DNA of 50,994 bases from Gemmatimonadota bacterium (GTDB lineage: Bacteria > Gemmatimonadota > Gemmatimonadetes > Palauibacterales > Palauibacteraceae), in contig JBHIAV010000017.1 of NCBI GenBank assembly GCA_046758745.1, forward strand, positions 1-50,994, in the 5' to 3' direction. This document shows, one piece after another, positions 26,620-35,930 of the stretch; positions within the stretch are counted from its first letter, which is position 1, and each line of letters opens with the position of its first letter. The translations under genes and the position numbers were made by a program. The notes beneath the pieces are model-generated. The model was not told where the DNA came from, searched no databases, and saw only the letters and a program-made list of their open reading frames with translations.

Positions 26620-27573
26620 TCACACGGCGGGACGCGGGCTCGTTCGACACAGCTCGACCAGGTCTTCCGCGCGAGCCGTACCGACGCACAGGACGGTGTC
26701 GGCTCCACCCCAGTAGATCTTGATCGATCCGTCCTCCTCGGCCACCGCGCCGCAGGTGAAGACCACGTTGTGCACGTAGCCCGTCACCTCCCACGGATCC
26801 TCGGGCTGGAGGATCCACTCGTCGGCCACCCCCAGAACCCGGGACGGGTCCTCGAGGGAGTGGAGAGCCACACCGAGCCGGTACACGGCGCCATCCATGG
26901 TCTTGAAGACGCCGTGGAATATGTTCAGCCACCCTTCGTCCGTTCGAATCGGCGTTGCCCCGGGGCCGACCTTCATCTCGTCCCAGTGATACGGCAGGGG
27001 CCGGATGAGCGTCTTCGACTCCCCCCAGTGAACGAGGTCGGGGGAGTAAGAGATCCATATGGACCACGGAGAGATCTCCGTGTGCGGCCGGTCGAGGCGC
27101 GCGTAGCGGCCCTCGAACCTATCCGGGAAGAGGACCGCGTTCCGCGTGTCGGCCTGCGTGATCAGCGCCACCCGTTCCGCTCGGGCGAAGTCCTCGGTGC
27201 GCGCGAGGGCGATGCGGACCCCGTGCCGCGAGTACGCGCTGTAGGTGATCAGGTAGGCTCCCTCCAGCGCACAGATGCGGGGGTCCTCCACCCCGAACTC
27301 CTCGTACGGGGCGAAGTCCCCCTGGCTCGCCGGGGTCAAGAAGGGCTCCGGCCGCACCCGGAAGCGGAGCCCGTCCTCGCTCTCCGCCAGCCCGATGAGG
27401 GAACGCCCGTTTCGCCGATGTGATCGGAAGAGCATGATGTAGCGGCCGTCGTGCTTTACGACGGCCGCGTTGTGCACCGTCTCCACCGGATAGGGGACGT
27501 CCTCCCTGGTGAGGATCGGGTTCCCCTCGTACCGGTGGACGATGGGCTCGTTACGCCCCGCCGGGCCGCCCAC
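26620..27573 (-). CDS. GH130-family glycosidase/phosphorylase
   Basis: RYEGNPIL, VHNAAV, GVEDPRI, RNAVLFP, NVVFTCG, YWGGAD; GTG start overlapping the upstream GT. Confidence 0.9.
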   Translation of the reverse strand: MGGPAGRNEPIVHRYEGNPILTREDVPYPVETVHNAAVVKHDGRYIMLFRSHRRNGRSLIGLAESEDGLRFRVRPEPFLTPASQGDFAPYEEFGVEDPRICALEGAYLITYSAYSRHGVRIALARTEDFARAERVALITQADTRNAVLFPDRFEGRYARLDRPHTEISPWSIWISYSPDLVHWGESKTLIRPLPYHWDEMKVGPGATPIRTDEGWLNIFHGVFKTMDGAVYRLGVALHSLEDPSRVLGVADEWILQPEDPWEVTGYVHNVVFTCGAVAEEDGSIKIYWGGADTVLCVGTARAEDLVELCRTSPRPAV

Positions 27574-28618
27574 CGATCGCCGCGTGGAGTCGAGGCCCGG
27601 GAGTAGGCTCCTCCGCCAGGATGCGCTCGTACACCTGGAGATAGTCCTCCACCATTCGGTCCGCGCTGAACCGCTCCTCCACCCAACGGCGGCACTCCGA
27701 GCGGGCGAGTCGGCGGACGCGGGGCACGGCGTCGGCCGCCTCCTCGACGGAAGCGACGAGAAAGCCCGTGCGGCCTTCCGCGACCACTTCGGGCATGCTG
27801 CCGCGTTCGAAGGCGATGATCGGCGTTCCGCACGCCATCGCCTCCACGACGGAGAGGCCGAACGGCTCCTCGAAGCGGATGGGGTGGAGCAGGGCGTACG
27901 CACCTCCCAGCAGCTCGCTCCTCTTCCCGGGCTCCGCGCTTCCGACGTACTGAACGGCCTCTCCGTCCACGAGCGGCCGCACCTCCCTCGCGAAGTACGC
28001 CTCATCCTGGACGATCCCGGCCATCACCAGCCTCATGCCGGCCCGCCGGGCGATCTCGATCGCTTCCTTCGCGCCCTTCTCGGGATGGATCCGGCCGAAG
28101 AAGAGCAGGTAGTCGCTCGGCTTCTCACGGTAGGCGAACGCCGCAAGGTCAATGCCGTGGTGGATCGTGGCGATGTAGTCGAGAGCCGGGCTCCGGTCCG
28201 CCTCGCTGATAGCGACGTAGTGGGAGCGGCGATCGTACTTTCTGTACACGGGAAGGATCTTGGGGGACGAGAAACCATGGATCGTGGTGAGGACAGGGGT
28301 GGACGTCATCCCCGTGTAGGTGAGGGGGAGGTAGTCGAAGTGGTTATGGATCAGGTCGAAGCGTTCCGCCTGTTCGAACAGCTCCGAGATGTGCAGACAC
28401 TCCCATACCTTGGGGAGCAGCTCCGGGTCTTCCTCGTAGCCGGTGGGGCAGACGCCGACCAGCTTCGCCCGGGTCACGGAGTCCCGGGTGGCGAACAGCG
28501 TGACCTCCACTCCCCTCGCCACCAGGCCCTCGGTGAGAAGGGAGACCACGCTCTCCCAGGGGCCGTAATGCCGCGGGGGGGTGCGCCACGCGATCGGAGA
28601 AAGCATGGCGATGTGCAA
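27551..28618 (-). CDS. GT4-family glycosyltransferase
   Basis: IAMLSPIAWRTPPRHYGPWE, GRIHPEKG, EPFGLSVVEAMACGTP; TTG start. Confidence 0.92.
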   Translation of the reverse strand: MHIAMLSPIAWRTPPRHYGPWESVVSLLTEGLVARGVEVTLFATRDSVTRAKLVGVCPTGYEEDPELLPKVWECLHISELFEQAERFDLIHNHFDYLPLTYTGMTSTPVLTTIHGFSSPKILPVYRKYDRRSHYVAISEADRSPALDYIATIHHGIDLAAFAYREKPSDYLLFFGRIHPEKGAKEAIEIARRAGMRLVMAGIVQDEAYFAREVRPLVDGEAVQYVGSAEPGKRSELLGGAYALLHPIRFEEPFGLSVVEAMACGTPIIAFERGSMPEVVAEGRTGFLVASVEEAADAVPRVRRLARSECRRWVEERFSADRMVEDYLQVYERILAEEPTPGPRLHAAIGGRPGGA

Positions 28619-28647
28619 TCCCGAACTCCCCCGGAATCCTCTGGCCT

Positions 28648-31191
28648 CTAGGCGACGCCGGCGCCGCGCGGCACCTTCCTCTTTCGCTTCTTCCGTCCCC
28701 TGGGCCTTCTGGCCGTGACATCCCGTCGGGCGGCGGGAGCCGCCTCGCCCGCCCACCCGATCTCCTCCAGCCGCCTCAGCTCCAGCAGCGACTGAAGGAA
28801 GGCGAGGGTGGACTCGGCTCCCTGGTTCTGGTTCACCCGGTCCGGGTGGAGGCCGTCCTGACAGCCGCCGGTGCTCGGGTCGTACAGGGGGAGGCCGAGG
28901 TCGTTGCGGCCCAGGAACCACTCGAAGGCCCGCCACGCCTCCGTCCTCCACCGCTCCTCACGCGTGACGCGGTGCGCCGCGAGGCAGGCCGACACGGTCG
29001 CCTGGGCCTCGAGCGGCTGCTGGTCGAAACGGGCCCTTCCTCCGCCGCGGCGGTAGAAGCCGTGCGTCCCGATCGGCACGAACTGGCCCGCCTCGCCCCG
29101 CTGCACGTCGGTGAGCCAGTCCAGCGCCTCGAGCCCGGCCTGTGTCATGTCCTCCTCGCACAGCCGTGCGCCGGCCACCAGCAGGGCGTGGGGCAGCTTA
29201 GCATTCGCGTACGTGAGGCGATCCTCGAACCACCGCCAATCGTCTCCGCGACACCCGCGGTACGCCTCCACCAGGCGCTCTGCGAGGAGCCGCAGGGTGT
29301 ATCTGGCCCTGCGGTCCCCGGGGAACCGCTTCAAGTAATCGTCGAGCCCGAGCAGCGTGAACGCGGCGGGCCGCAGCCACTTGAAGGTCGGGACCGCGGC
29401 GAGCGCCTGGTCGATCAGTCGGGCGGCCACCCCCCGACGTCCCGGATGACGCGACCGGCCCAGGACGACGCCCAGCGCCCACAGGGCCCGCCCGTGGCTG
29501 TCCTCCGAACCGATCTCCTCCCGCCAGCTGCGGTCGAAAGCGAGCACGTTGCGAAAGCGCCGCGTCCCGTGGTGAAAGGCGTACCACAGGAAGGCCAGGT
29601 AGCGGGAGCCCGGTTCGAAGACCGGCGCTTCCTCAGATCTCCCGAACTCTTCCAGCAGCACGGCCACGATGAGCGCGCGGGCGTTGTCGTCTGTCGTGTA
29701 TCCCTCCTGGTAGTTCGGGACATCGAAGACGGCGTGCTGGATCAGCCCGGTCGAGTCCGTGAGCCGCGCCAGGTGACCGAGGTTCGTAGGCGGAAGCTCT
29801 CGCTGGCCCGCCCATGCCGGCGGGAGCTCTCTCCCGTGCCCCGACGCCGGCGGAAGCTCTCGCAGGTCGCCGGACGCCGCCAGCAGCTCCTTTCGGTCGC
29901 CGGACGCCGGCAGAAGCTCTCCGGGACTGCCGGACGCCGACTGGGCGGGGACGAGGGGGCGAGGTCGGTGCGCACGTCCCTCCAGCGCCCGCTCCATCGT
30001 CTCCATGTACCGGCGCGCCGCTGCCGCCCAGATCATGCTGCGGCCGTATCGGTACGCCCGCTCCCGCATCGCCTCGCGCTCGGGCTCTCGCTCGATGAGA
30101 CGCTGGATCGCCTCGGCGATCGCTCCGGGATCCCGAAACGGTACCAGCACGCCCCGTCCATCGGCGAGCAGCTCCCTGGCGTACCAGTACGGCGTCGAAA
30201 CCACCGCTTTCCCGGCCGCCACCGTATAGGCCAGGGCGCCCGATACGATCTGATCGCGCTCCAGGTACGGCGTGACGTACACGTCCGCCGCCCCGATGAA
30301 CCGGAGGAGCTCCTTCGAGCGCGCGAAACGGTCGTGGAAGACCACGTGGTCCTGCACGCCCAGCGAGCGGGCCAGCCGCTGGAGGAAAGCTCGGTAGCTC
30401 TCGCCGTCGGCCCTCTGGACGTGCGGATGCGTCGCGCCGAGCACCAGGTACACCACGTTCGGGTGCCGCTCCACGATTGAGGGGAGCGCTTCGATCACGT
30501 ACTCGATCCCCTTGTTCGGACTGAGCAGCCCGAAGGTGAGGAGAACGAAGTTGCCCTCGATCCCGAACTGGTCCTTGAAGGGGTCGGACTCGGCGAAGGG
30601 CACATCCGGCGTCCCATGCGGAATGAGGTCGATCTTGCCCTCCGGAACGCCGTAGATCCCCCTCAGGAACTTCCGTCCCCTCCGGCTCATCACGGTGACC
30701 CGATCCGACAGCTCGACCACCTCCGCCAGGACCCGGCGGTACAGCGGATCCGGACGGTGCGGGACCGTGTGCAGGGTGGTCACGACGGGCATGCGCAGGT
30801 CCCGAAGGAGGGCGAGGACGTGACTCCCGGCCGGCCCGCCGAAGATCCCGAACTCATGCTGCAAGCACACGATGTCGGTTCCGTTGAGGTTGAGGAACTC
30901 GGCCGCGGAGCGGTACGAGTCGGGCTCATCCTCCTGCAACTCGAACCGCACCCTGGGCGGATACTCGTATCCCTCCGGCGTGTCGTTCACCGGAATTGCC
31001 ACACAGCCGAGGTGGGGAAACTGGCTGGCGAGCGAGTCGCACAGATCGGTGGTGAAGGTGGCGATCCCGCACCGTCTCGGCAGGTAATTTCCGATCACCG
31101 CCACGGTTTGAATGCCGTCAGGGACGATGCGCCTCCCATCTCCAGTGGCCTTCGTCGAAAGTTGCAGTGACGTAGCATTTGACGACGTCAT
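28648..31191 (-). CDS. Large GT4 glycosyltransferase with a C-terminal six-hairpin glycosidase-like domain
   Basis: GNYLPRRCGIATFT, QHEFGIFGG, FGLLSPNKG, SGALAY; C-terminal EGYTTDDNARAL, FDQQPLEA, NQNQGAESTL. Confidence 0.9.
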   Translation of the reverse strand: MTSSNATSLQLSTKATGDGRRIVPDGIQTVAVIGNYLPRRCGIATFTTDLCDSLASQFPHLGCVAIPVNDTPEGYEYPPRVRFELQEDEPDSYRSAAEFLNLNGTDIVCLQHEFGIFGGPAGSHVLALLRDLRMPVVTTLHTVPHRPDPLYRRVLAEVVELSDRVTVMSRRGRKFLRGIYGVPEGKIDLIPHGTPDVPFAESDPFKDQFGIEGNFVLLTFGLLSPNKGIEYVIEALPSIVERHPNVVYLVLGATHPHVQRADGESYRAFLQRLARSLGVQDHVVFHDRFARSKELLRFIGAADVYVTPYLERDQIVSGALAYTVAAGKAVVSTPYWYARELLADGRGVLVPFRDPGAIAEAIQRLIEREPEREAMRERAYRYGRSMIWAAAARRYMETMERALEGRAHRPRPLVPAQSASGSPGELLPASGDRKELLAASGDLRELPPASGHGRELPPAWAGQRELPPTNLGHLARLTDSTGLIQHAVFDVPNYQEGYTTDDNARALIVAVLLEEFGRSEEAPVFEPGSRYLAFLWYAFHHGTRRFRNVLAFDRSWREEIGSEDSHGRALWALGVVLGRSRHPGRRGVAARLIDQALAAVPTFKWLRPAAFTLLGLDDYLKRFPGDRRARYTLRLLAERLVEAYRGCRGDDWRWFEDRLTYANAKLPHALLVAGARLCEEDMTQAGLEALDWLTDVQRGEAGQFVPIGTHGFYRRGGGRARFDQQPLEAQATVSACLAAHRVTREERWRTEAWRAFEWFLGRNDLGLPLYDPSTGGCQDGLHPDRVNQNQGAESTLAFLQSLLELRRLEEIGWAGEAAPAARRDVTARRPRGRKKRKRKVPRGAGVA
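29789..29938 (-). repeat. In-frame 30-nt x5 degenerate repeat (ASGxxxELPP) in the GT4 interdomain linker
   Basis: ASGSPGELLP ASGDRKELLA ASGDLRELPP ASGHGRELPP AWAGQRELPP. Confidence 0.9.
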
Positions 31192-31246
31192 GACTGACTC
31201 CGGTTCCTGATCCTCGCTCGTTCTTAGGGTGTCCCCGCCGGCCCGT

Positions 31247-31300
31247 CCGCCGCACCTCCGTGGGCCGAGGTGCCCGCCGCACCTCGTTGGGCCGAGCCGC
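31247..31300. repeat. 27-bp x2 tandem repeat with an internal hairpin, upstream of the GT4 operon
   Basis: ccgccgcacctccgtgggccgaggtgc / ccgccgcacctcgttgggccgagccgc; GCACCTC...GAGGTGC stem. Confidence 0.75.
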
Positions 31301-31485
31301 CCGACCAAGCCTGAAGGCCCGGCCGTCCGACAAGATCTCGATGGACCAGGCCCGTCCGCCGGATCTCGACAGGCCGATCCCCCCTCGGACCGATCTCCTC
31401 ACGTGGAGCCGTTCCCCCGGCGAGACCGGATCCGAGAGATACCCGCACTGGACGGGAGGATGGACGGTAGCGGTGAGCCGGACAC

Positions 31486-31593
31486 GTCCTGCACGCCATC
31501 GGAGCCCTGCACGCGATCCAAGTCCTGCACGCGATCCAAGTCCTGCACGCGATCCAGGCCCTGCACGCGGTCCGGGCCCTGCACAGCATCCTA
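31486..31593. repeat. 18-bp x6 tandem repeat, intergenic
   Basis: Consensus g(t/c)cctgcacgcgatccaa; six contiguous units. Confidence 0.92.
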
Positions 31594-31669
31594 CCAGCTG
31601 CAGGCGAATTGGGAAAGAGGCCGGGACGTCTCCACGGAAGCCCGGCGGCGAGCGTCGCCTCGCCTCTTC

Positions 31670-32647
31670 CTACCGAAAGTGGCACGCCGCGATGTGCCCC
31701 TTCGCCTTCTCCTCGAGGGGCGGCGGATCCCTCCGGCAGACCTCCTGCACCTCCGGGCAGCGGGAGGCGAACGGGCAGCCCCGGATCGACTCGGTGGGCG
31801 AGGGCCGCTCCCCCCGCAGGCGAATCCGCTCCCGCCGCCGACCCGGGTCGGGATCTGGCACCGCCGAGAGGAGCGCCTGCGTGTAGGGATGGAGGGGCGT
31901 CCGGATGAGCGTCTCCGCGGGGGCCTCTTCGATGATCTTGCCAAGGTACATCACGGCGACACGGTCGGAGATCCTCTCCACCACGCTCAGGTCGTGCGAG
32001 ATGAAGAGCATCGCGATCCCCTCTCGGCGCTGAAGCTCCAGGAGGATACCGAGGACCTGTGCCTGGACCGACACGTCCAGTGCCGAGACCGGCTCATCGG
32101 CGACGAGGAGGTCGGGCCCCGCGGCGAGCGCCCGGGCGATCGCGATCCGCTGCCTCTGCCCGCCCGACATCTCGTGTGGATATCGGTGCATGAAGTAGGG
32201 CTCGAGTCCCACGCTGCGCAGGAGCTCGGCCACCCTGGGCTCCACTTCGTGTCTGCGCGCCAGGCCGTGCAGCCGGAGGGGCTCGGCGATGATGCGCTTG
32301 ATCTGCATGCGGGGGCTGAGCGAGGAGTACGGGTCCTGGAAGACGATCTGCATGCGCCGGCGCAGCGGACGGAGCTGCCGGGGCCTGAGCGCCAGGATGT
32401 CGACCCCGTCCAGCCGGACGCTGCCCTCCGACGGCTCGACAAGGCGCAACACGGAGCGCCCCAGCGTCGTCTTGCCGCTTCCCGATTCGCCGACGATACC
32501 GAGGACCTCGCCCCGATCCAGCGAGAGGTCCACGCCATCCACCGCGCGCACCCAGCCACGCCCGCCGAGCCACCGACCGCCGAACGGGAAGTAGGTCTTC
32601 AGCCCAGAGACGGAGAGCAGCGGCTCACGTCCGTCGCCTTGCCTCAT
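31670..32647 (-). CDS. Oligopeptide/dipeptide ABC transporter ATP-binding subunit (OppF/DppF-like)
   Basis: GESGSGKT, MSGGQRQR, ADEPVSALD, C-terminal HPYT...GCPFASRC. Confidence 0.93.
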   Translation of the reverse strand: MRQGDGREPLLSVSGLKTYFPFGGRWLGGRGWVRAVDGVDLSLDRGEVLGIVGESGSGKTTLGRSVLRLVEPSEGSVRLDGVDILALRPRQLRPLRRRMQIVFQDPYSSLSPRMQIKRIIAEPLRLHGLARRHEVEPRVAELLRSVGLEPYFMHRYPHEMSGGQRQRIAIARALAAGPDLLVADEPVSALDVSVQAQVLGILLELQRREGIAMLFISHDLSVVERISDRVAVMYLGKIIEEAPAETLIRTPLHPYTQALLSAVPDPDPGRRRERIRLRGERPSPTESIRGCPFASRCPEVQEVCRRDPPPLEEKAKGHIAACHFR

Positions 32648-33609
32648 CCCGCTCTCGCCTTGTAGCAGGCGCACCGGCGTCCCTCGCCCATCTCGAGCAG
32701 CGCTGGGAACTCTGACGTGCACTCCCCGTCCGCCAGCCGGCACCTGGGGTGGAATGTGCACCCCGAGGGGAGCGCCAGGAGATCCGGCACCGCGCCGGGT
32801 ATGCCAAGCAGGGGCACGTCCCTCCCGGCGCCGAGCCGCGGGACGGAGTCGAGGAGCCCCTCCGTGTAGGGGTGCTTCGGGCGCTCAAACAGCTCGGCCG
32901 TGTGCCCCGTCTCGACGAGCTTGCCCGTGTACATCACGAGCACTCGCTCGGCCATGTCTGCCACCACTCCGAGGTCGTGCGTGATGAGGAGGGTGGCCAT
33001 GCGGTGGCGGTCCCGGAGGGCGCGGAGCAGGTCGAGGATCTCCGCCTGTACCGTGACGTCCAGCGCCGTGGTCGGCTCGTCGGCGATCAGAAGCCGCGGC
33101 CGAGTGCACGTCGCGATCGCGATCACGGCCCGCTGCCGCATCCCCCCGGACAGCTCGAACGGGTAGGACTTCGCGCGCTTCTCCGGCTCGGGTATGCCGA
33201 CCTCTCCCAGGACTCGGACCGCCTCTCGCTCCGCACCCTGCCGGGTCATCCCGCGGTGCAGCTCCAGCACCTCGGCGATCTGTCTTCCGATCGGGAACAC
33301 GGGATTCAGGGCGGCGCCCGGCTCCTGGAAGACCATCCCGATTTCGCCCCCCCGCACCTGCCGCAGCCGTTCCGCCGGGACCTTCCGAAGATCGTCGCGC
33401 CGAAACACGACGCGTCCCCGCACGATGCGCCCCGGCGACGGCACGAGGTCGATGATCGAGAGCGCGACGATCGTCTTCCCGCAGCCCGACTCCCCCACGA
33501 GCGCCACCGTCTCGCCTTCGTCGATCTCGAAGCTGACGCCGTCGACCGCGCGCAGCTCTCCCTCGTCGAGGAAGAAGCAGGTGGCGAGGTCTTCGACGCG
33601 CAGCACCAT
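32644..33609 (-). CDS. Oligopeptide/dipeptide ABC transporter ATP-binding subunit (OppD/DppD-like)
   Basis: GESGCGKT, LSGGMRQR, ADEPTTALD, GCTFHPRC. Confidence 0.93.
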   Translation of the reverse strand: MVLRVEDLATCFFLDEGELRAVDGVSFEIDEGETVALVGESGCGKTIVALSIIDLVPSPGRIVRGRVVFRRDDLRKVPAERLRQVRGGEIGMVFQEPGAALNPVFPIGRQIAEVLELHRGMTRQGAEREAVRVLGEVGIPEPEKRAKSYPFELSGGMRQRAVIAIATCTRPRLLIADEPTTALDVTVQAEILDLLRALRDRHRMATLLITHDLGVVADMAERVLVMYTGKLVETGHTAELFERPKHPYTEGLLDSVPRLGAGRDVPLLGIPGAVPDLLALPSGCTFHPRCRLADGECTSEFPALLEMGEGRRCACYKARAG

Positions 33610-33611
33610 CC

Positions 33612-34853
33612 CTACACGTACTTCCGCATCAGCGTCTTCGGGTCGAGCGCGTCCCGGAGCCCGTCCGCGAGGAGGTTGAAGCAGAGGATCGTCGCGGCGA
33701 GCAGGAGGCCCGGGAAAAGCGCGACCCACCAGGCCACCAGCAGGGCGTCCTGCCCCGCGCTGATCATGTTTCCCCACGAAGGCGTGGGGGGGCGGATGCC
33801 GATTCCGAGGAAGGAGAGGCCCGCCTCCGCCGCGATCATGCCCCCCACCATGAGCGCCGCGCTGACCAGCACCGGCGCCATCGCGTTGGGGATGAGATGA
33901 CGCATGATGATGAGATGAGACGGCAGGCCGATCACCCGTGCGCTCTCGATGAAATCCCGCTCCTTGAGCGACAGGATCTCTCCCCGGATGAAGCGTGCGG
34001 TGCCGGTCCACGATGTGAAGCCAAGGATCAGGACGAGGAAGACGACGTTCGCCTCGAACACACCCACCAGCATCAGCATCAGGAAGAAGGTGGGAAAGGC
34101 GATGATCACGTCTACCAAGCGCATGAGGAGGTTGTCGACCACACCCCCGACGTAGCCCGCGACCGCTCCGTAGACGGTCCCGAACGAGACGGCGATCAGG
34201 ACGGCCAGCAGTCCCACGGCGAGGGAGACGCGCGCGCCGTAGACGGCCCGGCTGAACAGGTCGCGCCCGAACTCGTCCGTACCGAACAGGTGTGCCGGCG
34301 AGGGGGAGAGATAGCGCGTATCCAGCACGTTCTCGATCGCGGTGGGGTCATACGGCGCCAGGATAGGGGCGAGGAGTGCCACCAGGTAGAAGGAGACGAT
34401 CACGTACGCCGCCGCCACGGCCAGGCCGTTGGCGGAGAATCGGTGAAGCGCCATGCGGAACGGGCTGAGCCCCCGCGAGATTTCCGACGTCGAAGCGGCC
34501 GGCTCCTCTCCTTCACCCGATCCGACGAGGCGGCGCACGTCAAGGACGGAGAAGAGTACGCCGCCCGCCACGGCCGCGAGCAGAAAACGCGACGCGAGCC
34601 ATTCGTCGATGGCGGGGCTCGAGAACACCTCGACGAACGTCTCCCAGCGGAGCGCCAGGATCGAGAGCATGCCCCCCGTGAAGAGGAGGAGATGCAGGCC
34701 GCGCCTGCGTCGTCCGAGGAGGAGGTGGCCCAGGCCCGGGATGAGGGCGAGCGCCAGGAGCACGGGTCCGCTCCTCGAGTGCAGCGTGGGTCGCTCGTTC
34801 CTCTGCGAGGGGCTCGGCTTCGTCCCGCTCGGGCCGTCTGGCATCGCGCTCAC
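33612..34853 (-). CDS. ABC permease, OppC/DppC-like, with an extra N-terminal membrane domain
   Basis: HLFGTDEFGRD, DFIESARVIG, EAGLSFLGIG, DGLRDALDP; N-terminal LIPGLGHLLLGRRRRG extension. Confidence 0.9.
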   Translation of the reverse strand: MSAMPDGPSGTKPSPSQRNERPTLHSRSGPVLLALALIPGLGHLLLGRRRRGLHLLLFTGGMLSILALRWETFVEVFSSPAIDEWLASRFLLAAVAGGVLFSVLDVRRLVGSGEGEEPAASTSEISRGLSPFRMALHRFSANGLAVAAAYVIVSFYLVALLAPILAPYDPTAIENVLDTRYLSPSPAHLFGTDEFGRDLFSRAVYGARVSLAVGLLAVLIAVSFGTVYGAVAGYVGGVVDNLLMRLVDVIIAFPTFFLMLMLVGVFEANVVFLVLILGFTSWTGTARFIRGEILSLKERDFIESARVIGLPSHLIIMRHLIPNAMAPVLVSAALMVGGMIAAEAGLSFLGIGIRPPTPSWGNMISAGQDALLVAWWVALFPGLLLAATILCFNLLADGLRDALDPKTLMRKYV

Positions 34854-35842
34854 GCCGGCCTCCTCCCCTCGAGGGAGATCCGCGGATCGACGAGCGCGTA
34901 GGTCACGTCGGCCAGGAGGTTGCCGAGGATGACGAGCACAGCGGCGATCATCGTGGTGGCCAGGATCACGGGATAGTCGCGGCCGCCGATCGCCTCCACG
35001 GCGAGCAGGCCCATCCCGGGCCAGGCGAACACCTTCTCGATGAGGACCGCGCCCCCGAGGAGGAACGGCAGGCTCATCCCGTAGATGGTGAGGATCGGGA
35101 TCATCGCGTTCCGGAGCGCGTGCTTGAGGATCACGGTGCGCTCCGTGAGCCCCCGCGCCCGTGCGGCGAGCACGTACTCCTCGCTCAAGACCTCGAGCAG
35201 GCGGTTCCGCATGTAGCGGGCGGTGCTGGCCGCCGAGGCGATCCCGAGGACGAACACGGGCAGCACGAGGTGCCACGCCAGGTCGAGCATCTTCTCCGAC
35301 CACGACAGGAGGTCGTAGTCCAGCGAGCGTGTCTGCGAGGTGGGGAGCCAGCCGAGGTTCACGGAGAAGAGCAGCACCAGCATGAGGGCCAGCCAGAAAC
35401 CCGGGATGGAGTAGATGACCAGCGAGCCCAGCGTCACCGTCTTGTCCACCGGGGAGTATTGCTTGACCGCGGAGATGATGCCGAGCGCGATGCCGACGAG
35501 CGCGTCGAACAGGAGGGCAAGGATGGTGATCTGGAGGGTGTAGGGGACCCGCTCGGCGATGAGTGAGGCCACCGGGCGGCGGTAGCGGAAGGACTCTCCG
35601 AGGTCACCCCTCGCGAGGTTGCCGAGCCATTTGACGAACTGGACGTGGATCGGCTGGTCCAGCCCGTACTTCTCCCGGATCAGCTCGATCACCTCGGGGT
35701 CCACCTGCCGCCGGAAGCGCGGCTCCAGGTACATGTCCATCGGGTCGCCCGGGGCCAGATGCACGATGGCGAAGGTGATCGTGGCGATCCCGAGAAGGAT
35801 CGGTATGGCCTGGAGGAGTCGTTTCGCTATGTAGCGGGTCAT
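34850..35842 (-). CDS. ABC permease, OppB/DppB-like
   Basis: MTRYIAKRLLQAIP, GLDQP, YVLAARARGL, HALRNA, RDYPV. Confidence 0.93.
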   Translation of the reverse strand: MTRYIAKRLLQAIPILLGIATITFAIVHLAPGDPMDMYLEPRFRRQVDPEVIELIREKYGLDQPIHVQFVKWLGNLARGDLGESFRYRRPVASLIAERVPYTLQITILALLFDALVGIALGIISAVKQYSPVDKTVTLGSLVIYSIPGFWLALMLVLLFSVNLGWLPTSQTRSLDYDLLSWSEKMLDLAWHLVLPVFVLGIASAASTARYMRNRLLEVLSEEYVLAARARGLTERTVILKHALRNAMIPILTIYGMSLPFLLGGAVLIEKVFAWPGMGLLAVEAIGGRDYPVILATTMIAAVLVILGNLLADVTYALVDPRISLEGRRPA

Positions 35843-35930
35843 GGACCGGACCTGCCGCCCCGGCTGCGAGGCGCGTCGACGACGCCGGGCTCGTCCCCCG
35901 CGCCGGGCGGGCCGTCCCCGACCTCGTCCT

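Noticed and set aside
31486-31593. CRISPR array or Cys-rich RiPP precursor (CX5C x6)
   Set aside because: The units are contiguous with no unique spacers and there are no cas genes. The Cys-rich + frame runs on antisense through oppF without a nearby stop, and no maturase is adjacent.
7993-33900. Many long alternative-frame or antisense ORFs (e.g. 7993-10446, 8513-10474, 14661-16997, 25549-27423, 28846-30480, 31229-32665)
   Set aside because: Shadow ORFs typical of high-GC DNA; Arg/Pro/Gly-rich and overlapping well-supported genes.
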